The notes under the pieces were generated by a model. It did no database searches and was not told the DNA's origin. It saw only the letters and a list, made by a program, of their open reading frames with translations. Made by a program: the position numbers and the translations under genes. Of a DNA stretch of 32,000 nt, positions 8,157 to 15,538 are shown piece by piece (position 1 is the first letter of the stretch; each line of letters starts with the position of its first letter). The DNA is from Pyrodictium abyssi. GTDB lineage: Archaea; Thermoproteota; Thermoprotei_A; Sulfolobales; Pyrodictiaceae. The stretch spans positions 60,001 to 92,000 of the forward strand of contig NZ_AP028907.1 in assembly GCF_036323395.1 (NCBI RefSeq). The letters are read 5' to 3'.

Positions 8157-8948
8157 ATGGCCGGCCACGGGATCCCGCGCAGCCACCCGAGGTACTGGAG
8201 CCTGGTCCTCCGCGAACGCCTCGTAGAGGCGTGGCGCCAGGGCATCGTGGTGCCAGAGGGCCTCATAGCCCATGGGCGTGGCGAGTGCTTCGACTACCTC
8301 ATAGGCGAGGAGACCCAGTGGTTCGCCCGCGAGGCCGTGCGCGCCGCTGCCGCTGCGCTGCTACTCGCAGAGCACCCCGTCATCTCGGTCAACGGGAACG
8401 CTGCCGCGCTAGCCGCTGAGGGCCTCGTCCGGCTCGCAGACCTGCTCGGTGCGCCCCTCGAGGTAAACCTCTTCTACCGCACCGAGGAGCGGGCTCGCCG
8501 CATAGGCGAGCTCCTCCGCAGGCACGGTGCCCGCCGCGTCCTAGGCGTTGACGACGCCACTGCCCGTATCCCTGGCCTGCCCCACCCCCGCGGCATGGTC
8601 AGCCCAGAGGGCATACTCCGGGCCGACGTGGTGCTCGTAGCGCTAGAGGACGGGGACCGCACAGAGGCGCTACGCCGCATGGGGAAAACGGTGATAGCTA
8701 TCGACCTTAACCCGCTGAGCCGTACGGCTCGCATGGCAGACATAACGATAGTAGACAACATTGTTCGGGCAGTACCCCTCCTAGCCGAGACAGTCCAGGA
8801 GCTGAAGGAGAAGCCCAGGGAGGAGCTAGAGAACGTACTGAGGGGCTACGACAACGACAGGGTGCTAGCAGGCGCGCTACGCTTCATCAAGGAGAGGCTC
8901 GAGAAGCTAGCAGAGGAGGGCATAGCTATGGACCCGCGTAGACAGTAG
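8157..8948 (+). CDS. 4-phosphopantoate--beta-alanine ligase (archaeal phosphopantothenate synthetase, CoA biosynthesis)
   Basis: Matches my memory of the Thermococcus kodakarensis enzyme: IPRSHPRYWSL, GLIAHGRGECFDYLIGE, ISVNGN, VNLFYRTEER, LEDGDRTEAL and IDLNPLSRTARMADITIVDNIVRA. Confidence 0.9.
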   Translation: MAGHGIPRSHPRYWSLVLRERLVEAWRQGIVVPEGLIAHGRGECFDYLIGEETQWFAREAVRAAAAALLLAEHPVISVNGNAAALAAEGLVRLADLLGAPLEVNLFYRTEERARRIGELLRRHGARRVLGVDDATARIPGLPHPRGMVSPEGILRADVVLVALEDGDRTEALRRMGKTVIAIDLNPLSRTARMADITIVDNIVRAVPLLAETVQELKEKPREELENVLRGYDNDRVLAGALRFIKERLEKLAEEGIAMDPRRQ

Positions 8949-8977
8949 AGCCGAGGAGACACCCAGGGGTGGTTTCA

Positions 8978-9697
8978 TCAGCGCCTCCTGCCCCGGTACG
9001 CCCGGCTGAGGGCCTCGTAGACCCGGGCTGGCCGCTCCTCTCGCGGTGTATCGGAGAGCTTTACCTCGGCCTCGACCCTGGTCGGTGGGTGGGAGAAGAC
9101 GTAGACCCTGTCCGCGTACTCCGCTACCTCGCCCAGGTTGTGGTCGACTATCACCACCGTCTTGCGGTGGCGGTGTGCTATCGCTTCCACTGCTTCTAGG
9201 AGGCTGCGCCGCGAGGCTAGGTCTAGGCCTGCGAGGGGCTCGTCTAGGAGAAGTATGTCGGGGTCTAGTACAAGCATTCTGGCTATAGCGGCCTTGCGTG
9301 CTGTGCCGCCGCTTACCTCGCCGGGGTACTTGTCTAGGTGCTCCTCTATGCCGAGGAGCTGGGCTGCCCAGGCTACGCGCTCCTCGACCACGTCCCCGGG
9401 CACGCCGCGGTAGCGTAGGCCTAGGGCTATGTTGTCCCGGAGCCGCTTCCAGGGCAGGAGGAGGTTCTCCTGGAACACCAGCAGCGCCCGCCCCTGTAGC
9501 CGCACTGTGCCGCGGTCGGGCCGCTCTAGCCCCGCTATGATGCGTAGTAGGGTCGTCTTGCCGCAGCCGTTCGGGCCTACTACGCCTACTACCTCCGCCG
9601 CATGGGCCTCTAGGCTCACCCCTGCCAGGACCGTGTAGCCGCTGTAGCTCTTCCAGACGCCGCGGGCCACTAGCCTTGCCCCGGTAGCGCCGCCCAT
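8978..9697 (-). CDS. ABC transporter ATP-binding protein (NitT/TauT family)
   Basis: Walker A GPNGCGKTT, signature VSGGTARKAAIA, Walker B LLLDEP and H-loop VDHN. Overlaps the permease stop by 28 nt. Confidence 0.9.
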   Translation of the reverse strand: MGGATGARLVARGVWKSYSGYTVLAGVSLEAHAAEVVGVVGPNGCGKTTLLRIIAGLERPDRGTVRLQGRALLVFQENLLLPWKRLRDNIALGLRYRGVPGDVVEERVAWAAQLLGIEEHLDKYPGEVSGGTARKAAIARMLVLDPDILLLDEPLAGLDLASRRSLLEAVEAIAHRHRKTVVIVDHNLGEVAEYADRVYVFSHPPTRVEAEVKLSDTPREERPARVYEALSRAYRGRRR

Positions 9698-10551
9698 CGC
9701 CTCGTCCTCTCCTCCAGTCTCTCTAGCACCAGCTTGTCCAGGGCGACCATTAGCGCTACGAGTACCAGGCCCCAGGCGAAGACCCCGCGGGGCTCTGCTA
9801 GGCTATAGTAGGTGGCTATCATGTAGCCGATGCCCCCGCTGCCCCCGAACGCCTCTGCCACCACGCTAATACGGAGGGCCGCGCCTAGGGCTGCCCGGCC
9901 GGCCCCGGCGAGGACTGGTAGGAGGCTCGGCAGTAGGAAGTCCGTGTAGAGCTGCCGGCGGCTGGCCCCGAGGATGGCTGCGAGCTCGACTAGCCTCGGG
10001 TTGACGGAGTCTAGGCCTGCGAGCAGGGCTGAGAGCATTATCGGAAGCGAGACTAGCGCCGCCACGAGGACCGGCGGCAGGGGGCTGAGGACGCCGAACA
10101 GCATGACTAGTACCAGGGACCAGACTAGCACCGAGACGCTCTGCAGCACCGTGTTGAGGGCCCTCACCGTCTCCCGGGCAAGGGGCCCCGCTGTGTAGAG
10201 GAAGCCGAGCCCCAGGGCGGCGGCCGCGCCCAGCATGAACCCCGTGGAGGAGCGGGCGAGGGTGAGCACCACGTTACGGGCCACCGTGGCTGGGCCCTCG
10301 CCGGCTAGGAAGGCGAGTGTCTCGGGTATCCCTGGGACCTGGCCGGGGTAGAGGAGGTGGACTAGATGCCAGAAAACCGCTAGCAGCGTGAGGGCTGTCA
10401 GCCAGCCTGCCAGAACGCGCCCTTTGCCAGTGTCTCCGGGTCGGAGCTGATGTAGCCTCCCTCGCGCGCCAGCCTCCAGACCGACACTATGTTCTCCACC
10501 ATGCCCGGGGTCAGCGCCTTGGCTTCGTTCATCTTTACCCTGCTCCAGCAA
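9670..10551 (-). CDS. ABC transporter permease (NitT/TauT family); start uncertain
   Basis: About 6 TM segments and an EAA-like loop (AAILGASRRQLYTDFLLPSLLP). The only canonical start in frame is TTG 10551, which overlaps the binding-protein gene by 154 nt. Confidence 0.8.
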   Translation of the reverse strand: MLEQGKDERSQGADPGHGGEHSVGLEAGARGRLHQLRPGDTGKGRVLAGWLTALTLLAVFWHLVHLLYPGQVPGIPETLAFLAGEGPATVARNVVLTLARSSTGFMLGAAAALGLGFLYTAGPLARETVRALNTVLQSVSVLVWSLVLVMLFGVLSPLPPVLVAALVSLPIMLSALLAGLDSVNPRLVELAAILGASRRQLYTDFLLPSLLPVLAGAGRAALGAALRISVVAEAFGGSGGIGYMIATYYSLAEPRGVFAWGLVLVALMVALDKLVLERLEERTRRWAALPGQG

Positions 10552-11435
10552 AGCTCTGCCGCGCCCTCGCTCAGCCCGTAGCCCTCACCGAGTATCGACA
10601 CGGCTAGAGCCTTATCCTGGTTCCATTTCTGCGCCGCGTCTGCACGTATCGTCTGGAGCTTCTCGACGAGGCCGGGGTTCTCTCGGGCCCAACTGCCGCG
10701 GGCCGCGTAGACTATCATGACGCCGTTGTCGCCTACGCTGCCGCTCCACTTCTCCCAGAGGTCGCGATAGGCTACTAGTATCTCGCCGCCCATGTCGGCT
10801 ACTAGCTTGGATACTAGCGGCTCCCAGAGGACCACGGCGTCTACGTCACCCCTCTCGAAGGCCTGTACTAGCTGGGGCGGCGGAGCGTCCACTAGCTCGA
10901 GGTCCTTCTCCACGTTGATGCCGTACACAGCCTTCATGTAAGCCTTGAACATGGCGTAGGTCCCGGTTGGCTTGAATACGCCGACGCGCCGGCCCTCAAG
11001 GTCCTCTACGCCCTTTAGGCCGGCTCCCGGCCGGGCTACGACAGCCTGGTTCTGGTAGAAGTCAACGGCTATTATCACCACGTCGCCGCCCTGCTCGCGC
11101 AGCTTAGCCACGAACTCGGCCGGGATCACCGCGACGTCTATGTCTCCCCGTGCCAGCGCGTTGGCTAGGTCGAGGGTCTTCGTGAAGTACTCTACCCTCA
11201 TGTCTAGGCCGTGCTTCTTGTCGAGCCCCAGCTTGTCTATCACGTCGAGCGTCGATATCCCGCCGCGTAGAGTGCCTATACGCACCGCCTCAGCCGAGCC
11301 GCTGCCCGGGCCAAGGTGGAGTACCGCCGCCGCGACGAACACGGCCGCGACTATCGCTATCGCTACCACGAGCCCCCGGTCTAGCTCGACACCACCCAGC
11401 ACCACGACCTTCAACACCCTGGGCACTGATCCCAA
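10398..11435 (-). CDS. ABC transporter substrate-binding protein, NMT1/THI5-like (TauA/SsuA/ThiY type)
   Basis: N-terminal membrane anchor followed by a periplasmic-binding fold typical of the NMT1/SsuA family (VRIGTLRGGISTL..., DVAVIPAEFV, GRRVGVFKPTGTYAMF, DAVVLWEP). First gene of a three-gene operon. Confidence 0.85.
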   Translation of the reverse strand: MGSVPRVLKVVVLGGVELDRGLVVAIAIVAAVFVAAAVLHLGPGSGSAEAVRIGTLRGGISTLDVIDKLGLDKKHGLDMRVEYFTKTLDLANALARGDIDVAVIPAEFVAKLREQGGDVVIIAVDFYQNQAVVARPGAGLKGVEDLEGRRVGVFKPTGTYAMFKAYMKAVYGINVEKDLELVDAPPPQLVQAFERGDVDAVVLWEPLVSKLVADMGGEILVAYRDLWEKWSGSVGDNGVMIVYAARGSWARENPGLVEKLQTIRADAAQKWNQDKALAVSILGEGYGLSEGAAELCWSRVKMNEAKALTPGMVENIVSVWRLAREGGYISSDPETLAKGAFWQAG

Positions 11436-11467
11436 GTGCTCGGGGAAGAGTCCTGTAGGTGCCAGCC

Positions 11468-11473
11468 TTTAAA
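11468..11473 (-). promoter_or_regulatory. TATA-like box (TTTAAA) for the NitT/TauT transporter operon
   Basis: TTTAAA lies ~33-38 nt upstream of the TTG start at 11435, and in-frame GTG/TTG alternatives occur just downstream. This is consistent with a short-leader archaeal promoter. Confidence 0.4.
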
Positions 11474-11710
11474 CATGGCCACCTTATAGCCGGATATGCC
11501 GGGGCCCGCGCCGGGGGTGACGAGGATTGGCCTTAGCCCACCCCGCCGGCCGGGGGATGGGCGCATAGACGGGGGCTGACCCACCCGGTGCAGGCATGCT
11601 CCCGCGCTGTGTCTCTGGGGGTTCTCTCGGGGTGGGCCGGGGTTGCCCCGTCTTAGGGCAGGGCTTATACCGTAGCCCTCCGCGCCGTGGCGCCCGGGAG
11701 GCGCTGAGAA

Positions 11711-12757
11711 GTGGCGATACGTGGGCGCAGTGTGGCCGCCGGCGGCCTCGTCGTGGTGCTTCTCTTCGGCGTTGTGAGCCTGCTGGGCGACATGAGCTAT
11801 GAGGGGTTCCGGAGCGCGCTACCAGTCCTGGTGCCCGGCGGGCTAGAGCTCAGCGGCGTAGCCGGCCTAGGCGAGGTCGTCGCGTGGAGCCTCCGCCCTG
11901 TCACCGGCCTCCTGGCCGACAGGCTCGGGGCCTACTGGGGCTTCACGGTGCTGGGTTACTCGCTGATACCCCTGGGGATCCTCATAGCCTCGCAAGGCGG
12001 CCCCATGATAGCGCTGGGCTACGGGGTCGAGAGGCTGGGTAAGGCGCTCAGGAGCCCTAGCAGGGACGCACTGCTAGGCGGGGTTGCCGGGCGGCGCCGC
12101 GGCCTAGTCTTCGGGCTACACGAGGCGATGGACCAGGTGGGCGCGGTCGCCGGGCCCATGATAGCCTACACAGTGTTCAGCCGGGGGCTCGGGCTCTGGC
12201 TGCTCGCAGTCCCTGGGCTCTTCACAGTCCCGGTGCTCCTGCTCGCCCGGAGGCTCTGCCCCAGCAGGGCCCAGCCCCGGCCGAAGAAGACGGGGCTACG
12301 CGACGCGCTCCGCGGCGGCTGGAGGGCCTCGCTCTACGTGGTGGCAGCAGGGACCCTAGCCGCCAGCCCTCTCGCAGTGGAGCACGTCGCGCGTGTACTA
12401 GGCGGGGTCGCTGCTGGCTCGGCGCCGCTGCTCTACGCTGCAGCTATGCTCTCCGACGCCGTAGCCGCTGTGCCTCTCGGCCTCCTCTACGACCACTGGC
12501 CCCGGACAGCCGCCGCCATACCGGTGGCCCTGGGCGTTGCTGCCGGCGCCGCTGTGCTGATTGCTGGCGGCTCCACGGCTGGGGCGCTACTGGCCGCGCT
12601 GCTTAGCGGAGTAGCGGAGGCCGGGTTCGAGACCGTAGCGCGGGCGATGGTGCGCGGCGGCGCGGCAGGCTACGGGCTGTACGGCCTAGCCCGCGGCATC
12701 GCGGCTGCAGGCTCCATAGCGCTGTACAGCGGCATCGCCTCGCTAGTAGCCGGCTAA
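11711..12757 (+). CDS. MFS-like transporter
   Basis: About 10-12 hydrophobic segments. The N-terminal motif LLGDMSYEGFRSALPVL resembles a widespread prokaryotic MFS subfamily. An in-frame TGA at 11705 prevents any upstream extension. Confidence 0.7.
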   Translation: MAIRGRSVAAGGLVVVLLFGVVSLLGDMSYEGFRSALPVLVPGGLELSGVAGLGEVVAWSLRPVTGLLADRLGAYWGFTVLGYSLIPLGILIASQGGPMIALGYGVERLGKALRSPSRDALLGGVAGRRRGLVFGLHEAMDQVGAVAGPMIAYTVFSRGLGLWLLAVPGLFTVPVLLLARRLCPSRAQPRPKKTGLRDALRGGWRASLYVVAAGTLAASPLAVEHVARVLGGVAAGSAPLLYAAAMLSDAVAAVPLGLLYDHWPRTAAAIPVALGVAAGAAVLIAGGSTAGALLAALLSGVAEAGFETVARAMVRGGAAGYGLYGLARGIAAAGSIALYSGIASLVAG

Positions 12758-12798
12758 CGGCCTATGTAGCAGCCCTGGCAGCGTATACTAGCCCCGGG

Positions 12799-13797
12799 GT
12801 GCCCTCTTGGACTGCGGGTTTTCGGACACCGCTACCGCCCCTTGGGCTTGTGTGCTTCTCCGACCGCGAGCAGGAGGCCGGGAAGCTGCTCGGCCTCTAC
12901 CGCCGCGGAGCAGCTGTCCCAATTCTGGTCTACGGGCCGGAGGGCTCCGGGAAGTCTACACTCCTCCGCTACATAGTGTGGCGTGTCGACCGGGACGGAG
13001 GGCTCGGCGTGTACATCGACGCGCTCTCGGGTGGCGACCTCGAGGAGGCTATATACCCGCTGACCAGCGCTATGCGCAGCATCTTAGCCGATTTGCTCGC
13101 TGGTACTGCTCCGCCCCTCGGCCGTGTCTTGGCCGTGAGGCTCTGGGATCTCCTCAGAGGCCTGCTTATGCGGGCCGAAGCGGAGAGGAGGCGGGTCCTG
13201 GTTGTCGTGGACGACGTGTATAGAGCTCTAGGGCTCGAGGAGGCCGAGGCCTACACTAAGAGGCTCTACGAGCTCCTAGGGCGGCTCTACGGGCTAGGCG
13301 TTGAGAGCGCGCTAGTAGTGGTAGCGACCTCGGAGGGCGCGTCGAGAAGGCTGCTAGCCCGCCACAGCTACGCCTCGACGAGCCTGCTATGGAACCTGGC
13401 GCGGGAGGGGCTAGGCGAGCTACTATCCCAGATAGAGGCGCCCATCGGCGCCGAGGAGGCGTGGCGTATCACCGGCGGGAACCCGCGGCTACTGGGCCGG
13501 CTAGCCGAGCTAGAATGGAGCCCTGGAAGGCTCGTAGAGGAGCTCGCCGAGCAGAGGCTAGCAGAAGCCCTGGAAGCCGTAGGCAGGGAAGCCCTAGAGA
13601 AGCTCGCGGAGGACCCCGACTCGGAGCCCAATGCGGCCAGGAGGCTAGAGGACATGAACCTTATGATAAGGCTCAGCCGGGTCGCTAGCCTCTCTCCACC
13701 ACCAGAGCCGGATAGGGAGCTGGGAGTAGGGAGAGACTGGGCATGGCAAACCCCCGCCTACAGGCTAGCCGCACTACATCTCCTAGAGCGGAGATAG
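12799..13797 (+). CDS. AAA+ ATPase of the archaeal ATPase (Arch_ATPase/ORC-like) family
   Basis: FSDREQE lead-in, Walker A VYGPEGSGKSTLL (nt 12934-12957), Walker B VLVVVDDV (nt 13195-13218), sensor-like VVATSEG and a helical C-terminal region. Confidence 0.75.
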   Translation: MPSWTAGFRTPLPPLGLVCFSDREQEAGKLLGLYRRGAAVPILVYGPEGSGKSTLLRYIVWRVDRDGGLGVYIDALSGGDLEEAIYPLTSAMRSILADLLAGTAPPLGRVLAVRLWDLLRGLLMRAEAERRRVLVVVDDVYRALGLEEAEAYTKRLYELLGRLYGLGVESALVVVATSEGASRRLLARHSYASTSLLWNLAREGLGELLSQIEAPIGAEEAWRITGGNPRLLGRLAELEWSPGRLVEELAEQRLAEALEAVGREALEKLAEDPDSEPNAARRLEDMNLMIRLSRVASLSPPPEPDRELGVGRDWAWQTPAYRLAALHLLERR

Positions 13798-13953
13798 CAC
13801 AGCTAGACGCGTTCCAATGAAGCCTGGAAGGCTGGGGCCTGGCATCACTAGGCACAGAGGCTTCGCTGCCTAGGATACATGCATCGACCACGTGGAGGAC
13901 TGCAACATGTATGTCTATGAGGCATGCATTTTGTCGCGTAGCCCGGCGGCCCG

Positions 13954-15444
13954 GTGTTGATGCACAAGCCCCCTATGAACCGGTGGCGCCGCTACACCAT
14001 GTACCGTGTTAACGGTGCTGACAATGCATATGGCGCTACTAGCGGCCTTACCGTGGATAAGGTATTACCCGTGCTATGCTTCTGGTTAGGGCGCTGTGCT
14101 GTGCCGAGGCTGGCTGGCGACTGGTTCATAGACCTGTTTACCAGCGAGGCTGAGAAGCTCATAGAGTCGCTACGTAGCCGCTCGGGGGGCCGCCAGGTCG
14201 ACGTGCCGCCGGCCTACTGGTGGATACCGGGCCTCCCCGAACCCCGGGGGGGCAGGGGCCCGGTGGCTGCGGTCGACGGTGGGGGCGGGCTGGAGCCCCT
14301 CGGCGGCTCGGGCGCCGTCTACATAGCGAGGGCCTACGGCTACGTGGAGGGCGGGGAGCCAGAGAGGGGGCTCGAGCTACGCTTCTACCCCGTCCGCGAG
14401 ACACGTGTCCTCGACGCGCTGAGGAGCTGGCTCGAGCACCGTATCGCTGTGCGCCTCGCCTACCGGCTGCCGCCAGGCAGCATACTACTCATGGACGGTA
14501 GCCTATGGGCCACCGTGACCGCGGGGCTAACAGCGCTCGCTAGGCTCGCCTCCCGGGGAGTGCAGAGCCTGAGCTGGGTCTACACGGCGCTGCTAAGCGG
14601 CTACATGCTCGCCGAGGTCTCGGGGCTCGCCAGGGCCGCGAGGGAGCGCGGGATAACCGTGGCCTACGTGTCCAAGGACCACGGGCTCCGGGCGCTCAAG
14701 GAGAAGGTCCTCCTGGAGGCTGTGGCCGAGAGAGTCCGGGCGCTCCAGCCCCTGGTGTCCCGGGCGCTCGACTACTACCCGCTAGCGCTCCGCGAGCAAC
14801 TCCTCGAGGCACGCCGGCTAGTACCCAGCGAGCTACGAGGCGTCTTCGACGCCGCGCTGGACATGAGCTACCGGGACACAAGCTTCCTCAACGACACCGC
14901 GGGGCCAGGGCTGGGGTACAGCTGGCTACTCCGCATGCCGCCGCCCCAGAAGCTCAGCCAGGCCCTCGCACGGGGAGGGGTGAGAGGGCTCATAGAGCGA
15001 GCTGCTGCTAGGGCTGAGGCCCTCCTGGCAGAGGAGCCGGAGGCCGAGGAGTTCCGCTCGCTGGCCGAGAGGCTCCCTAGGCTCCTCGACGAGCTCCCGT
15101 GCAGCAGGATGTTCTACGTGAGGCTCGGTGTCGGCGACCACCCCCTCCTCGTCGAGCTGCCAGGGGAGCCCGGCTGCTACTACTCCCCAGGCCGGGTCCT
15201 CGAGGAGCCCGGCGGCCTCGTAGAGGAGGTCGTCGCTGTGCTGAGGAGCGGGTACGCTGGCCCCGAGTACTATAACGTCCAGCTGATAGCCGCGCATATG
15301 AACGCTACGCTGTCCTCGAGCCAGCTAGCAAGCTACATGAGGCTACTCGAGCAGCTCGCTGCCGCCCGGGGGCTCCAGCTGAGGCTAGCCCGCCGGAGCC
15401 TCATCAGCCGTAGTCTTCCTCGTAAGCGCCGCCGGCTCGTCTAG
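13954..15444 (+). CDS. NurA-domain nuclease paralog (RNase H-like fold), long form with N-terminal extension and basic C-terminal tail
   Basis: All NurA motifs I can recall from Sulfolobus NurA are present in order: VAAVDGGGG (D108), LEHRIAVRLA (E161), ILLMDGSLW (D181), AYVSKDHG, FYVRLGVG...LLVELP and LIAAHMNA (H448). Alternative starts at ATG 13960, 13975 and 13999. Confidence 0.8.
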   Translation: MLMHKPPMNRWRRYTMYRVNGADNAYGATSGLTVDKVLPVLCFWLGRCAVPRLAGDWFIDLFTSEAEKLIESLRSRSGGRQVDVPPAYWWIPGLPEPRGGRGPVAAVDGGGGLEPLGGSGAVYIARAYGYVEGGEPERGLELRFYPVRETRVLDALRSWLEHRIAVRLAYRLPPGSILLMDGSLWATVTAGLTALARLASRGVQSLSWVYTALLSGYMLAEVSGLARAARERGITVAYVSKDHGLRALKEKVLLEAVAERVRALQPLVSRALDYYPLALREQLLEARRLVPSELRGVFDAALDMSYRDTSFLNDTAGPGLGYSWLLRMPPPQKLSQALARGGVRGLIERAAARAEALLAEEPEAEEFRSLAERLPRLLDELPCSRMFYVRLGVGDHPLLVELPGEPGCYYSPGRVLEEPGGLVEEVVAVLRSGYAGPEYYNVQLIAAHMNATLSSSQLASYMRLLEQLAAARGLQLRLARRSLISRSLPRKRRRLV

Positions 15445-15508
15445 GCTGAGGAGAAGACAAGGGACAGTGACGCCGGGCGGGATGAGAGGGCGGGTGGCCT
15501 CTACGGGC

Positions 15509-15513
15509 AAAAA
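15509..15513 (-). terminator. oligo-T tract (T5 on the minus strand) downstream of the family-5 binding-protein gene
   Basis: AAAAA on the plus strand lies 26 nt beyond the stop at 15539-15541. Archaeal termination commonly uses oligo-T runs. Confidence 0.35.
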
Positions 15514-15538
15514 CGGTTCCGGGGGAGGAGGGCTGGGG

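Noticed and set aside
11516-11580. C/D-box sRNA-like arrangement (UGACGAG ... CUGA) in the GC-rich intergenic region
   Set aside because: The C box deviates from RUGAUGA, there are no convincing internal D' and C' boxes, and the spacing (~53 nt between the boxes) is atypical. It is kept only as part of the general structured-RNA question.
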